Of a stretch of DNA of 64,000 nucleotides, positions 1-15,611 are shown in pieces. A program made the position numbers and the translations under genes. The stretch is taken from the NCBI RefSeq assembly GCF_009914755.1, contig NC_060939.1; one strand, given 5' to 3'. Every line of letters starts with the position of its first letter. Position 1 is the first letter of the stretch. The notes beneath the pieces were generated by a model, which worked only from the letters and a program-made list of their open reading frames with translations, ran no database searches and was not told where the DNA came from. The stretch is from the human T2T-CHM13v2.0 reference genome, Homo sapiens.

Positions 1-1110
1 ACATGGAATTCCTCTCTAACCGGAAAGTTGAGAAATATTTCCTATAACTCACAGTCCAAAGTAATAAGGGAAAAACTGATGAACTTAACTACATAAAATA
101 CAAATCTTTACATATGAATACTACCAGAAGCAAATAAAAAAGACAAATGAAAGACAAATGATAAACCGCATTATGCAGTAAACAGGAATAAGAAATGTCT
201 TTATACACTGCTACAGACTGACCCCACGCGATATCACTAAGTTATAAAACCAAAGGCTGGAACAATGTGCAAGGTAGGCACACGTACATGCAGTATGTGT
301 ACAGCACATGTGCTTGCTTATAATTTAGAAATGAAAGGACAAAGCGAAAATCTAAGAGTAGTTACTATAGGGCCGGGGGGTGGGGAGACAAGGAATACAA
401 ACAGGACAGAAATGATAACTAGAATTTTCAGGGGAAAACACTTTACTGCATAGATTTGACTTTGTAACAGTAAATGTCTTATATAATTATGAAACAAAAT
501 TAAATCAAAAATTAATTAAAATCCCTAAAATCAAAAGCAAAATGAAATAAGTGAACCAGTAAAACGGGCAGGTGCCTTAACCACAGAGAGCGGTTTAAAC
601 TGACTGTAACATATCACCATTTAATTGTATATCTCAAGTGGTTTATTTCCTGAAGGATAATCAAGAGACATGGGAGCTCTGGTGGCCTCTGCTCACTGGG
701 GCCAGCAAGGGAAAATAAAGAAGAGAGACAGAGAGACTTAAGAGACCTAACAACCCAATGCAAAAAGAGAGAAACAGGCACACAGAAATTTGAACATGAG
801 GTATTTGATGATAAACCAAATTATTGGTATCTATTAGTTGTGATCACGGCATTGTGACTATATCATTTTAAAAATAAAAAATAAGGGCCACCTTCTCTTT
901 TAGAGGTAGGCATGTATGTATTTTGACACAAAATAATGTGATGTCTCAGGCTTGCTTTCTTCATCCAAGGGAGAAGTGGTGGGGTACTGATGACGCAAGA
1001 ATGTCCAGGAGTGGCTGGCAGCTATAGCTGAGTAATGGATGCATAGGGTTCAATATGTCATTCTCTTTACTTGTGTATATAGTTGAGATATCCACAATGT
1101 AAATGTCGAA
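1..1110 (+). mobile_element. Degraded old L1 (L1M/L1ME-type) 3' fragments
   Basis: A-rich, with L1 ORF2-end/3'UTR-like phrases (e.g. aaaagacaaatgataaac, gtatttgatgata...ggcattgtgactat). Boundaries approximate. Confidence 0.5.
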
Positions 1111-2492
1111 AAATATGAAAATATGGGTTCAGATAATAACTCTGCTACTTAGTCACACAGCCAGTTTGTAAAAATTTCCTATGTTTTGGGAACCTGAATT
1201 CCTTCCTTTTAAAAAGAAGACACATAAACCTAAGTTACAAGACAAATTAGTATATGATAAAGAGGTCACTTAAAATCACTGGGGGAAACAAATATTACAA
1301 ATTTGTTTTATTACATATTACAAAGCCTGTCATATAGCAGAACTAAACAAAGGCCAGTTATTTTTTATTTTGGTATGAATTTAACTATGCCAAATTACTA
1401 AAAATATTTTCCTAAACATCACATCAAAGTAAGATTTCACATGGAGTTTTAAAGAGGAAATAAAGAATGAAGCCTTTTGGTTTTATAATTACACAAAATA
1501 GCAATACTAGAATAGAACTAAATTTATGCCCAAATGTATTCCTCAATTAGTGCCCAATTCAAATACCAGATACAATGATGTTATTCTGAGTAACACCCAT
1601 AAAACTACATATAACTATTACCATAAATAACATTTAATTTGTGGGACCGCAGTTGCTAAGCCTGCTGTACCTAAAACTTTGCTGACATATTCTGCCTACT
1701 GTTTCATAAAAAACACACAGTAATCAGATTAGGTCAATTAGAAAGCTACAGGCAAAACATTGTTCCCTTTCAAATGTCCTGGTAAATAGAATAATTTTAA
1801 AATGAAGAAATATTTGAATCAAAATAGTCAGGAACAGACCTCAAAGCATTAAAGAACTAGATCTTTATACTCTCGAGAGTTGCATTCAAAGACTCAATCA
1901 AATTCAAGTTCATCACATATGCAAAACGGAACACGAATCTCCCATTAAAATTATCATAACTGCTGGCTTATTAAAATGCTTGAGTGCATTAGACATAGCA
2001 TAGAAAAATTCAATATAATATCACTCCAATAATGTTTCTATATTAATCTAGAAAACATGGGGAATGGCCCTAAAGCAAAAAGTGCTGCTACAGGCTCATG
2101 CAGAATTGAACTTATGGCTGTTGAGGCCAACCCACCTCAAAGAGGCAAAAACTGTCACAGCAGCAAGATCCAGAGGCCTTCATCCGACCCGGGTGGGATG
2201 AAGAGAAGAATTCTCAGCACTGACCCACAGAAGGAGGCGGGAGGCTGTGGTGAGATGAACAGACTAGCGCCCACTCTGGCTAGCTCTCAAGGTGAGATGA
2301 GGGTGTGGCTTTTGCACGGTGGCAATGTCGATGATTTTGAAACCTCATGACAGTGTTTCTGAATGTCCACCGAAACATGGCTCTCACAGGCAACAAAACA
2401 CTCCTGATTAGAGGTGTAAATTTTCCGCGTTTCCAGAGAGCTCTTCATATGTTGATGGAAAATTCCCAGCAACAAACTTGAAGGAGTAATTG

Positions 2493-3178
<686 letters not shown>

Positions 3179-5740
3179 TACATTTTCCTATTGGTTGGCT
3201 TAGTGCAAAAGATGAACCCAAACTGGCAAAGATTAGGTAGAAACCAGTTTCTGCAAACTGAATGCTCCCTTTCTCCAGGAACATCTACCATCACATAGCC
3301 ATTTCCTCTACAAAACTGTTACCAAAGAGAAGCCAATTTGTTTACAGTCATATGTAAAATTAAAAGCAACGATTAACTGTATACCACCTAAAGTACCTAC
3401 TCTATTCAAAACAAAGCTATGAAAAGTAAGAACATCTCATTTTGCCATCTGCACTGCATACTCAAACCAAGGCAGAGCCCTGAGAGGAAGTGCCAGGGAG
3501 ACCCTCACAACCGCCATGGGTACTGAAGACACGAGAAATAGTTAATGGCAGGCCACTTCTTACTTCACTTCAGATGAACGGAAATCTGAAGGCTTCCATG
3601 TTCTATAAACTCTTGGGTTTTCACATTAGAGACCAGTGGAGAGAAAGAGAAAGTGCAAGCCAGACCCCTGCTTTAAAGCACTGACCATTCTTTTGGAACA
3701 AGAAGCTCAGACAGCCCCAGTTTCCTCTGAAGTAGCACAAGTCAATGCAGGCTGAGTGAACAGAGGTCCTGGGTTGTTCAAGTGCCATCTAATTCCCTAT
3801 TGAAATTCACTGCTGCCATCAGTCCAATGGCAGAGCATCTGTGCCCCTGGACTAGGGAAGCGGAGATGCCCAGATTTCTGACACATAAACCACTGGGTGA
3901 GAAATTCATCTGGAATAACAAATTTATCTTTAAAAAGCCAAACAAGGACATCCAGTTTCAGTTCCAACACGTAAAAAGCTTGGAGTTGTCACTCCCATCC
4001 TTATGATAAGAAAAAAGCTGAACAAACAGAAACTCAGCAACCTTTCTTGGACCCCTCAGAGAGCTGAGGTTGCAGAACAAACTGCCACTGGGAAATCTGA
4101 AGAGATGGGAATGCACAGGGTCCCGGCTGAGATCTGCTCACCTAGAGATGCTGCTGGGCCAGCCCCCAGTTGGAGCCTCCAAACGTTAATTCTGACAAAT
4201 TGCTGGAGGCTGAGGGTGGACCAGCCTCCAAGTGAGACTGCTGGGGCTGCAGTTTTAGGGGGACACCCTACACTTTTGTGTGTTTTGCCTCTGAGAACAT
4301 CACCAGATTCTCAGGGTTAAGAGCCCTGATGGCTGTAGCAGGGGAGGGAAAGGCTAGTCCTAGTGACAAATGAACAGAACCTTCTCCATAACAAAGGCCT
4401 GCTCTCCAACACAGTATTCCATCTGGGGGAAGGCGTTTTCCTGACCCCATGCCCGTGCAGCCTTCCTGTCTCACCTAAGGCAGGAATAAAAGGCTAGAAA
4501 CGCTTGTTAAGGTGATAGCCCAGAGATACAGGCCCACTAAAAGACTGAAATTTCATCATCAGAGTAAAACACACCACACACACACCTTCCCACCACAGCA
4601 ACAGGGCTGCAGTATAACTACCACAAATTACAGTTGAAGGAGCTGCTAGACACAAGAAAGCATTCTTAGGGAAATCCAAAGACAAGAAAAGGACAAAAAC
4701 AAGAGAAATAGGTGAATTTGAACCCTCTGGCACCTACAGCTACAGCAAATATTAAGAGCCTAATAACAGCCATATTAATATAAAACCTCACAGGTAAGGC
4801 CTGTTTCCTTTAATTCTTATTATCTGATACACTATATTTGGTTTTCAGCAAAAAATTAGAAGGCATGGTAAAAGGCAAGGAAAAAAGTCTGAGGAGACAG
4901 AGCAAGCAACAGAACCAGACTGAGACACAGCAGAGAATTTGGAAGGACTAAATGGGGTATTTAAAACCACTGTGATGAATATGCTAAGGGCTGCAATGGG
5001 AAAAATGGACAAATATGCAAGAACAGATGGGTGGTATAAGCAGAGATGGAACGTCTGAGAAAAAATCAAAGAAAATGCTAGAAATCAAAAACACTGTAAC
5101 AGAAATGAAAATTGCCTTTGATGGGCTCATAAGTAGACCAGACACAGCTGAGGAAAGAAACAGTGAGCTTGAAGATAGGTCAACACAAATGTCCCAAACT
5201 AAAGTGCAAGAAAGAATGAGAAAAAATAAAAATAAAATAACCACCATAAAACACTCAAGAACAGTTGTATAATTTCAGAAAGTGTAATATATGTATAACA
5301 GGAATATTAAAAGGCAAAAAGAGAATGGAATAGATGACACATCTAAAGTAATATAAACTGATAAACTTTCCAAATGTAATTTAATAATGATAAATTAAAT
5401 TACATTTATTTTATTTAATAAAATAAGCTGATAGCTTTCCAAACAGACCCCAAACCAGAGATCAAAGAAGCTTGGAGAACCCAAACAGGATAACTATCAA
5501 AAACTCTACGCTGAGGCATCTCATTCAAAGTGCAGAAAGCCAAAGTCCAAGAGAAGATCTAGAAAGAAACCAGAGAAAAAAATAACACCTTACCATAGAT
5601 GAACAAATATAAGAATTACAGTCGATTTATCATCAAAAGGCAAGCATGAAGAGCGTGGAGTATTTAAAGTGATGAAAGAAGAAATCCCACCAACCTAGAC
5701 ATGTATATCCAGCAAAATTATCCCATAAAAGTGAAAAAGA

Positions 5741-6373
<633 letters not shown>

Positions 6374-6496
6374 AAAAGGAGTTCTTTGAAGAAAGGAAAA
6401 TGAAATAGGTCAGAAACTCAGATCTACACAAGGAAAGAAAAGAGCTTTGAAGAAGGAATAAATGAAGGTAAAATAAAGTCTTATTTTTCTTATTTT

Positions 6497-6802
6497 TTTA
6501 AAAATTTGAATATAAACTTATTTTTTAATTGACAAACTTATATATATGTATTATGCACATCATGTTGTTTTGAAATACGCATACATTGTTGAGGGGTTAA
6601 ACTGAGCTAATTAACACATGCACTGCCTCACATACTTATTTTTTGTGTTAAGAACACTTAAAATATATTCTATTGGCAATTTTCAAGAATACACTACATT
6701 GTTATTACCTATAGTCACCACATTGTGCAGTAGATCTCCTGAACTTATCCCTTTTATCTAAGATAAATTTTTTATCCCCTGACCAACATCTCCTCAACCA
6801 CT
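6497..6802 (-). mobile_element. L1MA-type 3' end fragment (L1MA8-like), antisense
   Basis: Reverse L1MA 3'UTR motifs (gagctaattaacacatgc...caattttcaagaatacactacattg...agatctcctgaactt). TSD-like attttcttatt flanks. Confidence 0.75.
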
Positions 6803-6856
6803 CATATATTTTCTTATTCTTAATTGATCTAAAAGATAACTGTTTGCTTAAAGTAA

Positions 6857-7328
6857 TATGAAAGAAAAATAAATCCCGGGACCCTAATTCACTATGGCAA
6901 AGGGAAAAATTAAGTTGGAAGCTGAGTCACACAAGAAGCTGCCTTTCCTTTTGTTGCCCAGCAGACAGCTAAAGATAAAAGGCCAGACAGAGGCCAGCTG
7001 TCTCCACGAGTGCTGCTCTGTGTTTACTTTATCTTGTGTAAAGTGTCGACTTGCTGAGCACTAGATGAATATATAATCGATTATTTCTATGTCTCCTCCT
7101 TTTCACGTGCAACACGTGGATTCAGTGATGTGACCACACCCACCCTCCTTCCCTTCCTGCCCACTTTTCCCCTTTAAATACTGAAGACCTCAAAATCCTC
7201 TTGGGAAAAAGTAAGATCACAGATTGTTCCTGTGGTTTTGTGTTCCTTTTTCCCGGATGCATCCTTAACCTTGGTTAAATAAACCTCTAAATTGCTTGAG
7301 ACCTGTCTCAGATACCTTTCGGTTTACG
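6857..7328 (+). mobile_element. MER4-family solo LTR (ERV1)
   Basis: Start tatgaaagaaaaataaatcccgggaccc resembles the MER4 5' end. AATAAA near 7278; ends ggtttacg. 4-bp TSD GTAA at 6853-6856 and 7329-7332. Confidence 0.8.
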
Positions 7329-7443
7329 GTAATAATAGTCAACATCTATTGAGTGATTATAGCATATGGATAAATGCAATGAATGATAGCAATGTCATAA
7401 GAAATGGAAGAAGGAAACAGAGAATACTCATTTATAAGGTACC

Positions 7444-8240
7444 TGTGATACTGTGAAATATTTGGTCTTGACCTCTTTTTTTGGCAAACAATTCCTAAAA
7501 TCCTTGGAATCCCCAAAGTCCTTTTGCTAATGATGCTAATGTTAACTGACAGCTTCAGGATGGGGTTGCTCACTGGAAAGACAGAGGCAGGATTAGAGGG
7601 TTGGGACTTTCAGCCCAATCCCCCAACCCCAGGGAGTGGAGAGGGCCTGAAGGCTAAGTTGATCACCAATAGCCAGTGGTTTAATCAATCATGCCTACAC
7701 AATGAAGCCTCGATAAAAACCCAAGAGGACCGGGTTCAGAGAGCTTCCTGATAGCTGAACACACGGAGGTTCCTGGAGGGTGGCGTCCTGAAGTGGGCAT
7801 GGAACCCAAGTACACCTTCCTCCTATCTTACCCTATACATCTCCTCATCGGTGTCCTTTCTAATATCCTTTATAACAAACCAGTAAATGTTAAGTGTTTC
7901 CCTGAGTTCTGTGAGCTGCTCCAGCAAATTAATCAAACCCAAAGAGAAGGCTGTGGGAACCCCAAATGAAAGCTGATTGGTCAGAAGTCCTAGAGGCCTG
8001 GACTTAGGACTAGTGTTGGGAGAGGGGGCAGCCATGGGTTCCAGGCTCTGCACCAGTGAGGTCTGAGGTTATTTCCAAGTAGAAGATGTTAAAATTAAAT
8101 TAGAGAATAAGCATCTGGTGGCCACTCCCTGCTGTGTGGGGAAAACCCCCACAATTTAGGTCACAGAAGGTTCTGTGTTGATTATCGTTGTGCTGTGAGA
8201 GCAGAGGAAAAACACAGTTTGAGAAATTTTTTCCCAAACA
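7444..8240 (+). mobile_element. MER21-family solo LTR
   Basis: TG...CA ends with MER21 core motifs (ggattagagggttgggactttcagccc, gatcaccaatagccagtggtttaatcaatcatgcc). 5-bp TSD GTACC at 7439-7443 and 8241-8245. Confidence 0.88.
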
Positions 8241-8479
8241 GTACCTATTCTAGATATGAACCAGTATTGTGTTATTTGAGAGTGAATATAGAGTAGTTGA
8301 AAATGTAGAGTGAAAACTCTAGGGCAACCACTAAAATAATTTGTAAAAGAAGTGTAATTGATATGCTAAAAGAGGAGATAAAATGGATTCATTAAAAATG
8401 CTCTATTCAAACCAGAAAGGGCAGGGAAAAAAAGGGAAAGAAGTGAACAACAACAAAAAATGTTACAAACATAGTAGAA

Positions 8480-8754
8480 TTTTTTTTTTTTAATACAGGG
8501 TCTCATTCTGTGGCCCAGGCTAGAGTGCAGTGGCACGATCATTGTTCACTGCAGCCCCAACCTTCCTGAGCTCAAGTGACCTTCCCATCTTAGCCTCCTG
8601 AGTAGCTGAGACTACAGGCACACATCTAGCTATTTTTTTATTTTTATTATTATTATTTTTTAGAGCCTGGTCTTGAACTCTTGGGATCAAGCAATTGGCC
8701 TACCTTGGCCTCCCAAAGTGCTAGGATTACAGGCATGAGCCACTGTGCCCAACC
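8480..8754 (-). mobile_element. AluJ SINE (diverged)
   Basis: PolyT followed by a CpG-depleted antisense Alu. Confidence 0.9.
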
Positions 8755-11680
8755 ATGTAGATATTTTTAACTACATCAATCCAACTGTGCAATAATCACT
8801 TTAAAGTAAATAACCTAAATATCCCAATTAAAAGACAGAAACTATCAGAGTAGATAAAATAAAAAGCCAACTATATGTAGTCTACAAAAAATCCACTTTA
8901 TATATAAAGACTCAGATTAGAAGTGAAGGGATGAAGAAAGTTATAGTGTGCTATGCTAATCAAAAGGAAGTTGGAGTACCAATATTAGTTTCAGAGAAAG
9001 CAGACTTTAGGACAAGGGAAATTATCAGAGGTCAATACGAGCATCCATAGTGATATAAAGGTCAGTTTCCAAGAAGACATAACAATCCTTAACATGTATG
9101 CACCTAAAAACAGAGCGTCAAAATACATGAGGCAAAAACTGACAGAACTGAAAGGAAAAATGGACAAATGTACTATTATAGTTGAAGACTTCAACATTTT
9201 CTTCTTAGTAATTGATACATCATCAACATCTATAGACTACATCCAACAACAGCAGAATACACATTCTTCTCAAGCTCACAGGGAACATTCACCAAGACTG
9301 ACCACATTCTTGGCCAGAGAACACACGTAGACAAATTTAAAAGAACTGAAATCATACAAAGTATGCTCTTAGACCACAGTAGAATGAAACTAGAAATCAC
9401 TAACAGAAAAAGATGGAAATTCCCAAATACTTGGAGATTTTAAAACACATTTCTAAATAGCATATGGTTGAAAGAAGTCTCAAGTGAAATGAAAATATAC
9501 TTTGAACTAAATGAAAATGAAAATACAACTTATCACTATTGTGTATAGCAAAAGCCATACTCAAGGAGAATTTGCAGCACTAAATGCCTATAACAGAAAA
9601 GAAGAAACGTTTATAACCAATAATATAAGCGTGTACCTTAGGAAACTAGAGAGAGAAGAGCAATCCAAGCATAAAGCAAACAGAAGAAAGAAAATACTAA
9701 AAATTAAGGCAGAAATCTGAATAGAAAATTGAAAAATAATAGAGAAAATTAGACTCAGAAAAAAGGATACACAAATTATTAATATCAGAAATAAATTAAG
9801 GGATTACCAATATTAATCCATGGACATTAAAATGATAACAAAGGAACTCTATACCTCTAAATTTGACAAATTAGAAAAAGGACTAATTCCTTGAAACATA
9901 CAAATGACCAAAACTCATACAAGGAGAACTAGATCGTCTGAACAGGTTTAAAGCTACTAAAGAAACTGAATCAATAATTAACGATATTCCAAAAAAGAAA
10001 GCAGCAGGCCCAGGTGATTTCACTGACGAATCCTACTAAACACTGATGGAAAAAATAGTATCAGTTTTCTGCAATTTCTTCTACAAAACAGAAGCAGAGG
10101 GAACGCTTCCTAATTTATTCTATGAGGCCAGCATTACCCTAATGCCAAAACCAGATACATAGAGCATAAAAAAGGGAAACTACAGACCAAGATCTCTCAT
10201 GGACATAAAGTTCTCAACAAAATATTAGCAAGACTAAAAATGTATGAAAAGAATTATATACTTCAACCCAATGGGATTTATTATAAGTATGCAAGACTGG
10301 TACAATATTTGAAAATCAGTCAATGCAATATACCACATCAACAGGCTAATGAGGAAAAATCATATCACATCAATTGATGCAGAAAATGCATCTGGCAAAA
10401 TCTAACACTCATTTATGAAAGAAAATTCTCTACAAACTAAGAACAAAGATGATCTTCCTCAACTTGATAAAAAGTGTTTATAAAAAGCTAACATCACACC
10501 TAATAATGAAATACTGCACACTTTCCCCCAAAAAAGAACAAGGCAAGGATATCCTCTCTCACTACTTCTGTTCAACATCATATTAGAAGTCCTAGCTAGT
10601 GCAATAAGACAAGAAAAGGAAATAAAAGGTACATAGATTGAAAAGTCAGAAATAAAACTGTCTTTGTTCATAAATGATATGATTGTTCATGTACAAAATC
10701 CCAAAGAACTGTCAAGAAACTCTCAAACTAATAAGCTAGCATAGGTCACAGGATACAATATTAATATACAAAAGTCAATTGCTTTCCCATATTCCAGCAA
10801 TGAAAAATTGGAATTTGAAATTTAAAATGTACCATTAAACACTGCACCAAGAAAACGAAATACTTAGGTATAAATCTGACAAAATATGTATAAGAACTAT
10901 ATGTAGAAAACTAGAAAACTCAAATGAAAGAGTTCAAAGATTACCTAAATAAATATAGAGATATTCCATGTTCATGGACAGAAAGACAATATTGTTAATA
11001 TGTCAATTCTTCTCAACTAGATCTATAAATCCAATGCAACCCTAATCAAAATCCAAAAACTATTTTGTAGATAAAAGCTGATTCTCAAACTTATATGAAG
11101 AGGCCAAAGACCTAGAATAGCCAACAAAATGCTAAAGGAGAAGAAAAAAGAAGTTGAAGCACTCACAATACCCAATTTAAAGATTTACAATAAAAATAGT
11201 ATAAACAAGTCAACATGGTATTGGCAAAAGAACAGACAAAGAGATCAATTTAATGGAATTGAGAACCCAGAAATAAAGCCCATAAATATAGTTAACTGAT
11301 CTTTGAAATATCAACAAAGTCATTCAATGGAAAAAAGAGAAGATTTTTCAACAAATGGTGCTGGAAAAATTGGACATCTATATGCAAAAAAAAAGAAACC
11401 TAGACATAAAACTTACACCTTACTCAAAAAATTATATCAAAAGGGATCATGCACCTAAATGTAAAATGCAGAACTATAAAAGTTCTTTAAGAAAACACAG
11501 AATATCTTGGTGATTTGGGGTTTGGTTCAAAGACACTGTTAAGAGAAGAAAAAGAGAAGTCACAGACTGAAAGAAAATATTTGTAAAACACATATCTGAT
11601 AAAGAATTTGTATCCAAAATGTATAAAGAAAAGTAAAACTCAACAATAAGAAAACAAAATGTCTAACTTTAAAAGAAGGT

Positions 11681-11983
11681 GGCTGGGCGCGGTGGCTCAA
11701 GCCTGTAATCCCAGCACTTTACTTTGGGAGGCCGAGGTGGGAGGATCACGAGATTAGGAGGTTGAGACTATCCTGGCTAACACAGTGAAACCCCGTCTCT
11801 ACTAAAAATACAAAAAAATTAGCCAGGTGTGCTAGCGGGCGCCTGTAGTCCCAGCTGCTCAGGAGGCTGAGGCAGGAGAATGGCGTGAACCCGGGAGGTA
11901 GAGCTTGCAGTGAGCCGAGATTGCAACACTGCAGTCCAGGCTGTGCGACAGAGCAAGACCCCATCTCAAAAAAAAAAAAAAAA
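11681..11983 (+). mobile_element. AluY/Sc-like SINE
   Basis: Full dimer with ggagaatggcgtgaacccggg and a polyA tail; small acttt duplication near the 5' end. Confidence 0.95.
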
Positions 11984-13267
11984 GAGGGTAAAGATCTGAA
12001 CAAACATCACCAAAGAAGATACAGGAACAGCAAATAAGCATATGACATAATGTTCAATATCATTTGCCAGTAGGGGACTGCAAATTAAAGCAACAATAAG
12101 ATACCATTACATACCTATCACAATGGCTAAAATCCAAAAATGGACAGTATTTGTTGTCAGTTGCTGATGAGGATGCAATTGCTAGTGAGGATGCAGACCA
12201 ACAGGAATTTTTATCCATTGCTTATAGGAATGTAAAACAGCCACTTAGGAAAACAGTTTAAAAGTTTCTTACAAAACGAGACATAGTCTTATTGTATGAT
12301 CCAGCAATCATATTCCTAGGTATTTACATAACTGATTTGAAAACACCTGCATGTGATTGTTTATAGCAGCTTTATTTTTAATTGCCAAAAACTGTAAACA
12401 AGCAAGGTATCTTAAATAGGTGAATGGATAAACAAACTGTGGTACATCTACATAATGAAATGTTATTTGGCCATAAAAATAAATGAAGAATCCAGCCATA
12501 AAACAATATGGATGAATCTTAATGCATATTGCTATGTGAAATAAGTGAATCTTAAAAAGTAACATATTGCATAATTCCAATGACATGGCATTCTGGAAAG
12601 GGCAAAACGGTAGTAATAGTGAAAAGATCAGTAAGAGTTCAGGGAGAGAGGGAAGGATTAAATAAGTGAAGTCCAGAGAATTTTTCAGGGTGGTGAACTA
12701 TTTTTATGATATGTAATTGTGGATACATGACTATGCATTTGTCAAAACCCATTGAACTGTACAGGCCAAAGAGCTAATCTGCAGATATGCTAACTTTTAA
12801 AAAGTATTTAAAAGGTGGGAGGATCTCAGGATCCTAATTTTGCAAAATGTGACAAAAAACAATCTACGAAACAACCTCACTGAAAGGGGTTGGGGGGAAA
12901 AGGTGCTGACTTAAGTAACTCTGAAAATCATGGAGTCTGTAATACTAAAGGCCAAAGAAGCTGTACATCAGTGATGAACTCTAGTTGATAAATTTGTTTC
13001 CCAGGTGGGCAGTGGTTAATAGTTCTGATACCACTACTCACGTATTTTGAAACTGACCATTAAGTAAATGGATGGCAGATGGTGAGAACCAGGTTTCTCA
13101 CTGCTGGAGTGGGAACAGGGGAGGAGGCTGGACTGATCCACGCTGTAAAGGATTGGCATTGAAGACATCACTATGAACTCATGTTTAGCTTAATAGACTA
13201 TTGATGGTTATATATAGAAATAGTTACAGGTTACAGGTATATACATGTGTTGGTATACACTCATATA

Positions 13268-13860
<593 letters not shown>

Positions 13861-14529
13861 TATTTCCTTGTTTTGTCAGCTGAGTGAACCTAGAAGCAAA
13901 GGCCTCTCCCCCACCCAGTAATAACAAGCACACCTGGCACTGAGATTTTGGTTTCTAATGCCAACCTCCAACCAAAAGAACCAGAGCTTTCTTGGAGAAA
14001 TGGCCAATTTGCCCATGGACTAGGGCAGGAAACATACAAAATGAGCCAGGAACCTCTTGTGGTGCCAGAAAGTAAGAACGTGATAAAAATTAATAACCTC
14101 ACAATGATGGGGGTGTGTCAAAGGAACACAGAAGCCAACTTTTAACAATAAAGTAACATTGGATTATAACTGTGAGTATAAAATAAATATCCATGAGTCC
14201 ATATTTCTATAAATACATGATTGAACACACAAGTAAATAAATAGTAAAGAAGGGACAAATCTCCCAAGGGAAAAAATTCCAAATACTTTATGTAGATACT
14301 CCGCCCTCAGGGAAGAGGAACATGATTCCCCACTCCTTAAGTGGAGGCTGCACATAGTGACTTCCTTCCAAAGAATACAATATAGGAAGGTGGGCAGGTA
14401 GAACTTCACAGTAGAGAAAACTGCCAATCACTCCCTCAGTGATCACCTGGCTAGGTGATCAAGTCAACATCAACAGTGATGCCTTACTGATAGTATGTCC
14501 CCCTGATGTGATGAGATAAGAACAGTCTT

Positions 14530-14908
<379 letters not shown>

Positions 14909-15597
14909 CTAATAGAGGGGCACCCTACGTAACACTGACCAGTACTGCTCAACACTGTCGAGGTCATACGAAGTGAGGAAAGTCTATGAAAAAGCCACAA
15001 CTGTGAGGAGCCTAAGGCAACATGGCGACGAAACGTGATGTGGGGTTGGATGGTATCCTGGGAGAGACAAAAAACATTAGGTAAAAACTAAGGAAATATG
15101 AATAACCATGGACTTTACATAATCATAATGTAGCGATATTGGCTCATTCATTTTAACAAATGCACCATAGTAATGTAAGATGTTACAAACAAAGAAACTG
15201 GGAATTCTTTACACTATCTTGGCAATTTTTCTGTTCATATAAAACTATTCTAAAGGATGAACTTTATTTAAAAATCCAAATGGCAATCACAACGCATAAA
15301 TATCACAGCCAACCACACCCCACCCCACAGTAAGTTGCTTTTATAAACCAACAGCTGCTGGTTGCTGCAGAATCCCCAGGGCCAGGCTCAGGGGCTGTGT
15401 CCCCACTATACCCAGGGCAAGCCCCTGAGCTGCCACTGCCAGGGATTCAATCCCCCACCCAAATTAATTTACATGTGGTGTGAGTTTTACACTGACGGAA
15501 TGAGGGCTTAATGTTTGCTTGGTGTAAAACTGATGTATGGAGGAATAATTTTAGAGCATGACTTTTAGAAGGACCAAAGAGGGCAGCTTCTCAATCG

Positions 15598-15611
15598 GCA
15601 GCAGGTGGCAC
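15598..15611 (+). promoter_or_regulatory. Candidate CTCF motif
   Basis: GCAGCAGGTGGCAC matches the CTCF core CCASYAGRKGGCRS at all but the first base. Local sequence is unique and contains CpGs. Motif match only. Confidence 0.35.

Noticed and set aside
8780-12600. Functional L1 ORF2 / reverse transcriptase
   Set aside because: Many stops, frameshifts, deletions and an Alu insertion; only ORF pieces under 80 aa survive on the + strand.
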